45,462 nucleotides of DNA from Octopus bimaculoides (lineage: Eukaryota): positions 17,857,237 to 17,902,698 of the forward strand of contig NC_068982.1 in assembly GCF_001194135.2 (NCBI RefSeq). The letters run 5' to 3'. The position numbers and the translations under genes are program-made. The notes below the pieces were generated by a model that saw nothing but the letters and a program-made list of their open reading frames with translations, did not search any database and was not told where the DNA came from. Positions within the stretch are counted from its first letter, which is position 1. Every line of letters starts with the position of its first letter. Positions 33,480 to 44,900 of this stretch are shown here, piece by piece.

Positions 33480-33995
33480 TAACCACCATTACTACTACCG
33501 CCAAAACACCACCACCACCCGAAGCACCACAATCACCACCACTACCTCAACCACGTCTACCACCGCCATAAACACGAAAGCCAATATCACTAGCAAAACC
33601 TCCAGTATAAACACCACCACCTACACCACCACCACCACCACCACCACCATCACCTCCACTACCANNNNNNNNNNNNNNNNNNNNNNNNNNNNNNNNNNNN
33701 NNNNNNNNNNNNNNNNNNNNNNNNNNNNNNNNNNNNNNNNNNNNNNNNNNNNNNNNNNNNNNNNNNNNNNNNNNNNNNNNNNNNNNNNNNNNNNNNNNNN
33801 NNNNNNNNNNNNNNNNNNNAACCCACCACTACTAATAGGATTGTTGTCACCAGAACCAAAGCGACAATTACCACCTTTACCAACAAAACTGCCAACCCCC
33901 CCCCCCCCAAAAAAAAAATCACCCTGAACACCACACCCACCATCACTCCCACCATCACCACTACTCCTCCCCCAACAGCAACATTATCACCATCA
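33480..33995. repeat. (CAC)n-type low-complexity tract spanning a gap
   Basis: ACC/CAC-rich on both sides of the gap at 33665-33819. Confidence 0.85.
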
Positions 33996-34087
33996 CAATA
34001 TTGACTTTCCTAACGAAGCAAATCATTACAACGACCCTAATAATCCATACGACAAAACACAACTTCAGTTCTTCTTTTCGTTTAAAT

Positions 34088-34443
34088 CAGGGTTTCTCAA
34101 TAATTTTTTTGTCCACGGGCTCCCTTGACTACTATTTCATTCTGGTGGACCCCCATAGCCGTTTGATGTTTAAAAACTAGTTCTATAGATGCTTCTTTCG
34201 AAATTCCTATATTGTTTTTCACATATTAACTAGTGTAGGTTGAACTATGTAACATGTTAAGAGACAGAAACCGAATTGTTTCTTGCAATAAATGCCAATA
34301 CATCTATACATCTAAAGCCAATTTTTTTTCAGAGGCCCTTAAAGTACTATCGTGGATCCCTGATTTACTATTTTGTTACGCAGATCCCTAAAATTGTTAT
34401 ATGGACTCTCCGAGGTCATATAGTCTCCGGTTTAGAACCACTG
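34088..34443. mobile_element. hAT-type MITE (356 bp)
   Basis: Perfect 8-bp TSD GTTTAAAT (34080-34087 and 34444-34451); termini CAGGGTTTCTCAA / TTTAGAACCACTG (10 of 13 complementary). Confidence 0.88.
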
Positions 34444-34669
34444 GTTTAAATGAACGGATGACGGATAAATACTCTCCTGGTTAGGTCACTAGTCTGTCTT
34501 AAGCAACATTTTTCCACTGAAGAAATACAGGTTTGGACTGCAACCCCGGGAGTGCCTCATCAATACTACTCTGTTATCACTTTTAATACTATAGTTCTGT
34601 TGAAATATTCTGCATCTGTTTCTAGTAATTCTGAAAATAATGAAGAGTTTATTATATGCCGGTGTTCAG

Positions 34670-34882
34670 GGGGTGAGATGGCCGATTAGTTACAGTGCCG
34701 TGCAAAATGCTTAGCGATATTTCTCCAGCATTATAATCTCAGTTTAAATTCCGATGACATCACCTTTTCCTTTGACCCTTTCGGCGGGGTCGATGAAATA
34801 AGCACCGGTTGAGTCCTGGGTAATCGACTAGACCCCTCACCACAAATTTCAAGCCTTGTGTCTATAGTAGAAACGATTATTA
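34670..34882 (+). mobile_element. SINE family A, diverged
   Basis: GGTGAGATGGC head, GGGGTCGATGAAATAAGCACC core, ATAGTAGAAACGATTATT tail. Confidence 0.8.
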
Positions 34883-34896
34883 CGGTGATGTTCGGG

Positions 34897-35096
34897 CAGC
34901 GAGCTAGCAGAATTGTTACTGCACCGTACAAAATGCTAAGCAGCATTTATCCGGCTTTACGATTTGAGTTCAAATCCCACCGACGTCAACTCTGCCTTTC
35001 ATCCTTTCAGGGGCCGATAAAAAGTACTAGGTGAGTACTCGGGTAAAATGTAATCGACTCTCTTCCTATTCCGTATATAGTAGAAAGAGTTATTAT
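34897..35096 (+). mobile_element. SINE family A, diverged
   Basis: GCGAGCTAGCAGAATTG head, GAGTTCAAATCCC B box, GCCTTTCATCCTTTC core, TAGTAGAAAGAGTTATT tail. Confidence 0.82.
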
Positions 35097-35354
35097 GCCT
35101 GTGTGCGGAAACGTATTTTATATGAAACTTTGATGGAAAGTGTTGATTCAGATAATTTCGGATCAAAAACAGGAAAACCATTAAACCAAAGACGGTCTCA
35201 GGCGGATTGCTATTTCTCATCCATGCACAGCAACAAATTCGAAAGAAAAGGCGAAATCCTTTGAGATTTTGTACTCGGGGAGAAAAACATTAATTAACTT
35301 TGTGTTTATGCACAAATTACAAAATTTTATATAGCAAACTGAACAGAGTTCTGC

Positions 35355-35705
35355 ACATGGATCACTTAACTCTGAACATCAATAAGCGCCGATCACTATT
35401 CTTAATTCTTCAGATCATTTAGCGTATACAACTTCATACTAAAGATCACGGTGCACAAATCACTTAATTGTACAGGTCACTTAAAACTACACACCACAGA
35501 TTATTTATTTCTTCTTTATACTAAGTAGAGATCACTAACATTCTAAGGATCAAATTGCAAGCATTTCTAGATTCTGCTATCACAGTTGACATAAATCTCT
35601 GGGTCACTGAACATATCACGTCCACAGATCACGTTGCACAGACCACTAAATTCTACAGCTCACTTTATTCTGAAGATCAGTTGTCACTGATCACTGAAAT
35701 TTAAG
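35355..35705. repeat. Cryptic degenerate minisatellite, unit about 17 bp (CAGATCACTDAATTSYA)
   Basis: GATCAC/GGTCAC/AATCAC/GCTCAC cores recur throughout, locally at 16-17 bp spacing. Confidence 0.7.
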
Positions 35706-35991
35706 TTCAATAAAAACCAGCTAAAGGTGACTAGTGCATATAAATGTCCTCGCACGCTCACGCACAGCTGCGCGCTCGTACACAGGTTCACGGACTCACA
35801 CATATATACACGCGCATAATGGAAAATGCAGAGCAGTACGGACAACACACACAAATACCCACATGCACAAAGAAATACATACACGCACACACGGACACAC
35901 ACATGCAGCCCACCGCGCACACGCGAGCACACACACACAATAAACAATGATGATCTGAACTGAGAACAATAAAATTTACACGATCTTTCTT

Positions 35992-36070
35992 CAACCAATG
36001 GTCCTTGGTTCAGTCCCACGCGCTTGCGAGTGGATTTAATTGACGGAAACAGAAATGAGCACGTCGCATG
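35992..36070 (+). mobile_element. SINE family B head fragment, internally deleted
   Basis: CAACCAATGGTCCTTGGTTCAGTCCCAC joined to GAGTGGATTT..TGACGGAAAC.GAAA. Confidence 0.65.
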
Positions 36071-36081
36071 TATGTATGTAT

Positions 36082-36460
36082 GGAAGCGCAATGGCCCAGT
36101 GGTTAGGGCAGCGAACTCGCGGTTATAGGATCGCGGTTTCGATTCCCACACCGGGCATTGTGAGTGTTTATTGAGCGAAAACACCTAAAGCTCCACGAGG
36201 CTCCGGCAGGGGATGGTGGCGAACCCTGCTGTACTCTTCCACCACAACTTTCTCTCACTCTTACTTCCTGTTTCTGTTGTGCCTGTAATTCAAAGAGTCA
36301 GCCTTGTCACACTGTGTCATGGTGAATATCCCCGAGAACTACGTTAAGGGTACACGTGTCTGTGGAGTGCTCAGCCACTTGCACATTAATTTCACGAGCA
36401 GGCTGTTCCGTTGATTGCATCAACTGGAACCCTCGACGTCGTAAGCGACGGAGTGCCAAC
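36082..36460 (+). mobile_element. tRNA-derived SINE, family C, full length
   Basis: GGAAGCGCAATGGCCCAGTGGTTAGGGC head to GTCGTAAGCGACGGAGTGCCAAC tail; highly similar to 7176-7512. Confidence 0.93.
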
Positions 36461-36501
36461 AAATGTATGTATGTATGTATGTGTGTGTACGTGCATGTGT
36501 G

Positions 36502-36681
36502 TGTCCCCTCTAAACATAGAGGGGACAAACAAGGACAGAAAAAAGGGATTGAGTCGATTACAACAACTCCAGTGCGTAACTGGTACTTAATTTATCGACC
36601 CCGAAAGGATGAAAGGCAAAGTCGACCTCGGCGGAAAGCATTTCGCTCGGCGTGCTAACGTTTCTGCCAGCTCACCGCCTT
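36502..36681 (-). mobile_element. SINE subfamily A2 with B-box deletion and fold-back 3' end
   Basis: Family A head and core plus the A2 tail (TGTCCTTGTTTGTCCCCTCTATGTTTAG); segment containing GAGTTCAAA absent at about 36636. Confidence 0.85.
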
Positions 36682-36931
36682 CTTATATGAGAGGATATTG
36701 AGAAAGGAAAGGAAAGTGGAATTATGAAGTGCTAGATATAAATAGATAAGAAGAGAGCGTGAGATTAACGGTGTGAAAGAAAGAAATGGAAAAGTGTTTC
36801 AGAAACGGGGCCAAGACACGTGGCAGAAATAAAATATCAATTATTCTACTGATTTGTAAAAAAGCTACCAAATGTTTTCGGGTATTTTCTTGCAGGGAGG
36901 TCTACTTCAGACTTCTTAACACCCTACCCGT

Positions 36932-36984
<53 letters not shown>

Positions 36985-37352
36985 GGATAGACAGACATCC
37001 ATCTACACATACCACTCATACGCAAATTTCTATATGCGCTGATTTGTGCTGACTGAAAATAATCTGGGGCCGACATGACCCTGTCTGAAGTGAGTCCTGA
37101 CTAGAGCCGTTTACAGTGTCAGTAACAGGTATCTGTTTTATAGTGTCACAAACACACAACTACAACGAATGAGTACGCTTATGGTTTTTCTAAGACAAAA
37201 TGCTAGGGACTAGGATGTGTCCCTAGCATTGTTTCTCTGTGTTTGGTCATTTGCATGTTTCGCATCCACAAAGGTTCTCAGCTCACGGACGTGTCGTCAG
37301 ACTCTAGACACGAAAACAAAAGTAATTCTTCACCTCCGGGTGATGACATATC

Positions 37353-37400
<48 letters not shown>

Positions 37401-38207
37401 NNNNNNNNNNNNNNNNNNNNNNNNNNNNNNNNNNNNNNNNNNNNNNNNNNNNNNNNNNNNNNNNNNNNNNNNNNNNNNNNNNNNNNNNNNNNNNNNNNNN
37501 NNNNNNNNNNNNNNNNNNNNNNNNNNNNNNNNNNNNNNNNNNNNNNNNNNNNNNNNNNNNNNNNNNNNNNNNNNNNNNNNNNNNNNNNNNNNNNNNNNNN
37601 NNNNNNNNNNNNNNNNNNNNNNNNNNNNNNNNNNNNNNNNNNNNNNNNNNNNNNNNNNNNNNNNNNNNNNNNNNNNNNNNNNNNNNNNNNNNNNNNNNNN
37701 NNNNNNNNNNNNNNNNNNNNNNNNNNNNNNNNNNNNNNNNNNNNNNNNNNNNNNNNNNNNNNNNNNNNNNNNNNNNNNNNNNNNNNNNNNNNNNNNNNNN
37801 NNNNNNNNNNNNNNNNNNNNNNNNNNNNNNNNNNNNNNNNNNNNNNNNNNNNNNNNNNNNNNNNNNNNNNNNNNNNNNNNNNNNNNNNNNNNNNNNNNNN
37901 NNNNNNNNNNNNNNNNNNNNNNNNNNNNNNNNNNNNNNNNNNNNNNNNNNNNNNNNNNNNNNNNNNNNNNNNNNNNNNNNNNNNNNNNNNNNNNNNNNNN
38001 NNNNNNNNNNNNNNNNNNNNNNNNNNNNNNNNNNNNNNNNNNNNNNNNNNNNNNNNNNNNNNNNNNNNNNNNNNNNNNNNNNNNNNNNNNNNNNNNNNNN
38101 NNNNNNNNNNNNNNNNNNNNNNNNNNNNNNNNNNNNNNNNNNNNNNNNNNNNNNNNNNNNNNNNNNNNNNNNNNNNNNNNNNATATATACAATATATATA
38201 TATATGT

Positions 38208-38239
<32 letters not shown>

Positions 38240-38503
38240 ATATATATCTATATATATCTATTTCTATCTATATATATATATTTATGTATACATACATACA
38301 CATATATAGACAAGCAAAATAAAATCTCAAAGACAGATCAGGGTAGCAACTATTCTAACAAATAAAGCTGATCGCTATATCAGAATGGCTGTTTCATGTT
38401 ATTACTTGTTTAACCCCAGGCCAATCGTTTTGCCTGGATGGATATGGTGTTTTAATGCAACGTGTCTAGAAGAGAAACAAATATAGCAGCAGTCCTTTGC
38501 AGG

Positions 38504-38539
<36 letters not shown>

Positions 38540-38638
38540 TGATACAGTGATGGACATTTTAATGTAATGTTTTTTTTCTACTGCAATTGCCTTCACTGAC
38601 GTATATAATTATGTTTCTATGTATATATAAATGTTTTC

Positions 38639-38639
<1 letters not shown>

Positions 38640-38686
<47 letters not shown>

Positions 38687-38725
38687 GCTATCTATCTATC
38701 TACCTATCTATCTATCTATCTATCT
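38640..38725. repeat. (TGTC)/(TATC)n microsatellite
   Basis: Direct inspection. Confidence 0.95.
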
Positions 38726-38859
38726 GTTTCACCGCCTGTCTGTCTCTGTATATAGATATCTATTTATAGTCACACACACACATAGATACACACACGCACA
38801 CACACACACGAACGCAAACACACGCACATACACATATAGCCCTGGCATAGGTAGGATGT

Positions 38860-39790
38860 ACAAGCATACAGTCACCCATTATGTTTACTTATAAGCATTG
38901 ACCAGGCCATGTTGCGCGTATGGAAGGTAGCAGAATTACAAAGCGGCGAGCTGGCTGAAACGTTAACGCGCCGGGCGGAGTGCTTAGCAGTATTTTGTCT
39001 GCCGTTACGTTCTGAGTTCAAATTCCGCCGAGGTCCACTTTGCCTTTCATCCTTTCGGGGTCGATAAATTAAGTACCAGTTGCGCACTGGGGTCGATGTA
39101 ATCGACTTAATCCCTTTGTCTGTCCTTGTTTGTCCCCTCTATGTTTAGCTCCTTGTGGGCAATAAAGAAATAAGAATTACAAAGCAGTTGTTGTACAGTG
39201 GGCAGTGCAATGGAAAGTATCTTCAGCATAAAGTGCCAAAAATTAGTATAAAAAAGAATAAAAGGAAGCTGGATGAGTTGCAAACCGATGTAAAATACTG
39301 AGGAAGCATTTAGGGAAGGTCGTAAAACTTGAAGGGGTCGCTTAGAGCATAAAAACCTTAATTTTTGTCTTCGGAGTAGTTGTTATCAGAACTTCACTGA
39401 GAATAGAAAATGTTAGAGGTGTGAAAGGTCTAATCGCGTACGTTTTTCTAAGGCGGCGTATGTCAACCATGTGAAGACCCATGTAAGACGAACTTTATAC
39501 AACGTTCTTATTCCTAGACTGAGTAATTCGATGTGCATTGTGAGAAAATGCTTGCAAGTCGATTTCCTGTTTGAGGAGAAATATGGCCGATCATAGGGAT
39601 CATATCTCGCAGAGTTATCCAGCAAATCCAGTGGAAGTTACAACTTTGATCAGTCACCTATGCTTCAAATCATGCCGGTCTGCAGTGGGACTCAGTAATA
39701 AAAGGAGAGGCCAAGGACAGACAATTAGAAATACCACTGACAACCAAACTCAGGGACGGCGATCACCTGTGAAGGTGGGGCGATCACTAC
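38860..39790 (+). pseudogene. 3' part of an RTE-clade LINE, interrupted by a SINE
   Basis: Removing the SINE and one TSD restores GHVARMEGSRITKQLLYSGQCNGK (RTE RT-thumb motif WAGHVARM..SR.PKQLLY). Then FREGRKT*RGRLEH and decayed C2H2-like blocks; ends before (ATAC)n. Confidence 0.8.
38945..39172 (+). mobile_element. SINE subfamily A2, full length, 13-bp TSD
   Basis: AGAATTACAAAGC at 38932-38944 and 39173-39185; A-type head, B box and core; tail ...CCTTGTGGGCAATAAAGAAATA. Confidence 0.93.
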
Positions 39791-39819
39791 TTATGTATAA
39801 AAATATACATATACATACA

Positions 39820-39853
<34 letters not shown>

Positions 39854-39871
39854 AGTGTGTGTGTATAAATA

Positions 39872-40265
39872 CCGTGTACATTTAAACACATAAGTGGTAT
39901 CCATCATAGGACTACCTGCACGCTAGAGAGGACAGGTAAATTCCAAATCACTATTAGGGATAAAATTTCGAAGGGAATGAAAAATAAAAACATTTACCAT
40001 CTAACTCCTGGGGCATATACTGGATTGCTTCGTGTATATATATATTTAATCTAAGGTGTACCTGCTGAAGAAGGCTTCGCCTAGAAAATTATTTTATTTG
40101 CTAAAAAAGTCTGAAACCATTTGGTCCAGGAATTAGATAGTAAATCTTTTCATTTTTCATTCCCTTCGAAATTTTATCCCTAATAGTCGTTTGGAATTTA
40201 ACTGTCCTCTCTAGCGTGCAGGTAGTCCTATGATGGATATCTCTTATGGGTTTAAATGTACACTG
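39872..40265. mobile_element. Tc1/mariner-type MITE (394 bp) with about 140-bp TIRs
   Basis: TA|CCGTGTACATTTAAAC...GTTTAAATGTACACTG|TA; arms 39872-40011 and 40126-40265 are near-perfect reverse complements. Confidence 0.9.
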
Positions 40266-40728
40266 TATTAATTACTATGAATAATATATAGTCTGTTGAC
40301 TAAATTTTCACACGCTAGGCCACTGGTAATGGAAATTTCTAATATTTCAGATTATTAATTATATATAGATTATATATATTATTAATTATATATAGATGTA
40401 TATATATATATANNNNNNNNNNNNNNNNNNNNNNNNNNNNNNNNNNNNNNNNNNNNNNNNNNNNNNNNNNNNNNNNNNNNNNNNNNNNNNNNNNNNNNNN
40501 NNNNNNNNNNNNNNNNNNNNNNNNNNNNNNNNNNNNNNNNNNNNNNNNNNNNNNNNNNNNNNNNNNNNNNNNNNNNNNNNNNNNNNNNNNNNNNNNNNNN
40601 NNNNNNNNNNNNNNNNNNNNNNNNNNNNNNNNNNNNNNNNNNNNNNNNNNNNNNNNNNNNNNNNNNNNNNNNNNNNNNNNNNNNNNNNNNNNNNNNNNNN
40701 NNNNNNNNNNNNNNNNNNNNNNNNNNNN

Positions 40729-40785
<57 letters not shown>

Positions 40786-42078
40786 GTGTGTGTGTGTATA
40801 CATATGTATATAGATATGTATGTATGTATGTATTTACACACTGAAAATCTGTATCAGAAACAGCTGTAAGTCTATGATGCAGAATAAAACAAAAGGATGC
40901 GAAAACCCCATTATTTATGCCTCGGCTGAATCTGGGGAAATATAAGCGATATAAATGCATGAACACATCTGATGGCATTATATGTACATTTATATGTGTC
41001 TGTATCTATGTATGTATGTATGTATATATATGTGTAATATATACACACGCGCATGAATACATATATAAAACATGCTTGATATATACAGTTACACCCACAC
41101 ATACATGTGTCCTTATATACATGTGAACATGTATGCCTGTCCATTGCACTGTCATAAGTTCACTTAGCTGTGATTATTTTCCCAGCCATCTTTTAAACTC
41201 CACCCCGTGTAGCTTTAACACATCTCTCGAATTCCAAGTTATTTTGGTTTAGCATCAGCTCTTCAGTGATTCTATGCACACACACAAGCACTCTCGCACA
41301 CACACACACCCGTTCTCCCACATACGCACGCATGCACACATAATATATATATATATATATATATANNNNNNNNNNNNNNNNNNNNNNNNNNNNNNNNNNN
41401 NNNNNNNNNNNNNNNNNNNNNNNNNNNNNNNNNNNNNNNNNNNNNNNNNNNNNNNNNNNNNNNNNNNNNNNNNNNNNNNNNNNNNNNNNNNNNNNNNNNN
41501 NNNNNNNNNNNNNNNNNNNNNNNNNNNNNNNNNNNNNNNNNNNNNNNNNNNNNNNNNNNNNNNNNNNNNNNNNNNNNNNNNNNNNNNNNNNNNNNNNNNN
41601 NNNNNNNNNNNNNNNNNNNNNNNNNNNNNNNNNNNNNNNNNNNNNNNNNNNNNNNNNNNNNNNNNNNNNNNNNNNNNNNNNNNNNNNNNNNNNNNNNNNN
41701 NNNNNNNNNNNNNNNNNNNNNNNNNNNNNNNNNNNNNNNNNNNNNNNNNNNNNNNNNNNNNNNNNNNNNNNNNNNNNNNNNNNNNNNNNNNNNNNNNNNN
41801 NNNNNNNNNNNNNNNNNNNNNNNNNNNNNNNNNNNNNNNNNNNNNNNNNNNNNNNNNNNNNNNNNNNNNNNNNNNNNNNNNNNNNNNNNNNNNNNNNNNN
41901 NNNNNNNNNNNNNNNNNNNNNNNNNNNNNNNNNNNNNNNNNNNNNNNNNNNNNNNNNNNNNNNNNNNNNNNNNNNNNNNNNNNNNNNNNNNNNNNNNNNN
42001 NNNNNNNNNNNNNNNNNNNNNNNNNNNNNNNATATATATACATATATATATACATATATACATATATATATCCATATG

Positions 42079-42132
<54 letters not shown>

Positions 42133-42808
42133 CACGCACACACATATACGCGCATATATCTATATACTTATTTACACACACGGACACACGCTCACCCCCA
42201 TCGCCGCAACACACCTACAAATACATAAATGCATGTGTGCCTCTGAGCATTCATATATTATTGCTTTATTTTGGCTTATTTATTTCTCTGATAAACGACA
42301 GCACATTAGGAATGTATTACTCCCTCGACGATTTGAACCTAGCTTCGCATACAGACGCGAACACGCGCGCACCCTTCTTATTTATTGGTTACATTAAAAG
42401 AATTATCTGCTAAATTTATGAGTAATCCTATTAGTGAAGGAAATACTGGATGGCTGTAAGATAGCATGTTTTAATGTTAATACTATGAATACTTCTAAAT
42501 ATTAGTAATACTAATACTGTTCGCAATGATGATTTTGGTGATGATGACGATGACAATAATAATAAAAATTATAAAAGTATATATAACACGAAAGTAAATT
42601 TCTTTTACACGCACATACACACACATACTTGTATGTGCATATACATTAGTGATTGTATTATAGAACTGCCAAAACTTAGCGTTTTCCATATTGCTGAAAA
42701 TTTAACTCGGATAATAAATCTTCCTGTTATAGAGTTAGGGAAATCACTTCAGCACGGGTTTCTATTTTTTTTTCCTCATCCATATTTATATTGATATATA
42801 TACACATA

Positions 42809-42970
42809 GGCGCAGGAGTGGCTGTGTGGTAAGAAGAATGCTTCCCAACCACATGGATACGGGTTCAGTTCCACTGCGTCGCACCTTGGGCCAGTGTCTT
42901 CTACTATAGCCTCGGGCCGACCAAAGCCTTGTGAGTGGATTTGATAGACGGAAACTGAAAGAAGCCAATC

Positions 42971-43042
<72 letters not shown>

Positions 43043-43251
43043 GTGTCTGTGTTTGTCCCCCACCCATCATCACTTGATAACCGATGCTGGTGTGTTTACG
43101 TCCCCGTAACTTAGCGGTTCGGCAAAAGAGACCGATAAAATAAGTACTAGGCTTACAAAAAATAAGATTTGGGGTCGATTTGCCCGACTAAGGGCGGTGC
43201 TCCGGCATGGCCACAGTCAAATGACTGAAACAAGTAAAAGAGTAAAAGAGT
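42809..43251 (+). mobile_element. SINE family B, full length with internal (TA)n of about 33 units
   Basis: GGCGCAGGAGTGGCTGTGTGGTAAG head, GGGTTCAGTTCC B-box-like, GACTGAAACAAGTAAAAGAGTAAAAGAGT tail. Confidence 0.93.
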
Positions 43252-44689
43252 ATAATTATAATAGAGAGCACACAGTGCGCCTACTTGCTAGAGAGAGAAG
43301 CTAAGTCCTCAACAAAACCACTGAATTATACTGAAATATAAAACAGACCAGCAGAAATCGGGGTAGTGAGTAACGATTCTCAGAATCATTGCAGACAAAG
43401 CTGTAGAATGAAGAATTAGATATATTTGTATCATAATTTTGAGTTCTGGTCAAAGCCTTAACTCTCCTCAGCAAATATTACCATATGCTACTTTTGTCTC
43501 ACAAAGACGTCTTGTTATAGCAAGACAACGTGACAGAAAATATGTGACCCTAATCTGGGTTCAGAAATTCATCCAGTGCTACACTCAGTCATTTTTCTTG
43601 TAACTTCACGTTTTAAAACCCATCAAAAAATATTTTTAAGTGGTTGGAGGTTGGAACGGATTAATTATATTTTAATTAATTTCAGTCGAGAAAATTGATT
43701 TGTAAAACGAGTAAATCGTAAAATATGCTCGGTCATATGATCATGGAATGAATTAAACTCGTACTACGATGTATNNNNNNNNNNNNNNNNNNNNNNNNNN
43801 NNNNNNNNNNNNNNNNNNNNNNNNNNNNNNNNNNNNNNNNNNATATATATATATATATATATAAGGATTTACTTTTCGTAATGAGATAAAAAAACCCAAC
43901 GCTGTGTACATGTAAATACAGACGCACACACCCGCACAAATACATATGCGCTAATATTGGTTAAGGAGGATGAGTGCTCAACAACACATCAGGAGATAGA
44001 TATTTCCTATTTGTGGGTTAAAAAGTCTACCATCGGTTTCATATCGAGAGAAATATCTCAACAATCATCAAGCTTGTCACATGGAACTTTTGTCTTCGTC
44101 TTCGTCATGAACGAGAATACACGAAATTACACGAGACTGTACGGGAAATTTGGATAAATAAATTGATATACTCATCATGGGAGGTAACTAAAAAGAATCT
44201 CCAGATTATTCTCTCCTTTGCATTATCTCTGGAATCTTTGTAAGGGCTTGTGTTCACCATTAATTATTTCATTCCTTATATTATGTGTTTCAAGTTTCTT
44301 TCCTTTAGTTCGGAACCGACGTCCAAATTTTTTGCAACAGGACTGAATTTTCCAGAACCATTGAAAGGCCGACTGGTAGTGTCAAAATTGGCAACGGATT
44401 GCGTCTACTTCTCAAGAATAAGTAACAATGACCGTGATGTACAGTTTCCACTCGCATAAATGTGATCACAAGGTCTGTGGTGGCTCATATCTTTGGTGGA
44501 AGGAACTTGCTCTGTGTTCTGTGCAATGCGATGGAACCACACATTCATACCTGCGACTTAATGGGTTACGTGGCGCAAAAATATAATTAAATCTTTATTG
44601 TAAACCTACGTTGTATTCTCAGTAGGCCAAGATTAATTACGTACCGTGGTGGTGGGCATGTCTATAATTCATCAATTTAATCAGCGATA

Positions 44690-44900
44690 GCAAAATTGTT
44701 GGTAAGAGACTTTACGCAGTACCTGCTTAAAATAGCAGGGAAATACACCTCAAATCATACACACTTTCAGGTATAAAAGATTATATTGGACAATGTAGTC
44801 CCTGATATATAAATATGCAGGATGGTAATGACTGGATCGCATGTAATCATATGTATACTCAATTTTTACTGACCTAGGGCTAAAAGAACAATAACAACAG
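44690..44900 (+). mobile_element. Old degenerate interspersed repeat, family G
   Basis: CCTGCTTAAAATAGCAG..AAATACACCTCAAATCATAC...GGACAATGTAGTCC...GACCTAGGGCTAAA followed by AAC-type repeats; loose similarity to 19130-19350. Confidence 0.4.

Noticed and set aside
37217-38365. 300-380 aa ORFs (also 13541-14168, 40339-40978, 41193-42413)
   Set aside because: Open only because they run through N-gaps.
40066-40095. CTGAAGA-AGGC(ttc)GCCT-A-GAAA hammerhead-like string inside the MITE
   Set aside because: Extra base before GAAA and no helix I pairing; likely chance.
44309-44459. Candidate exon after a good polypyrimidine acceptor (SEPTSKFFATGLNFPEPLKGRLVVSK..., faint PA-domain flavour)
   Set aside because: Resemblance too weak, no clear donor, and two frames are equally open.
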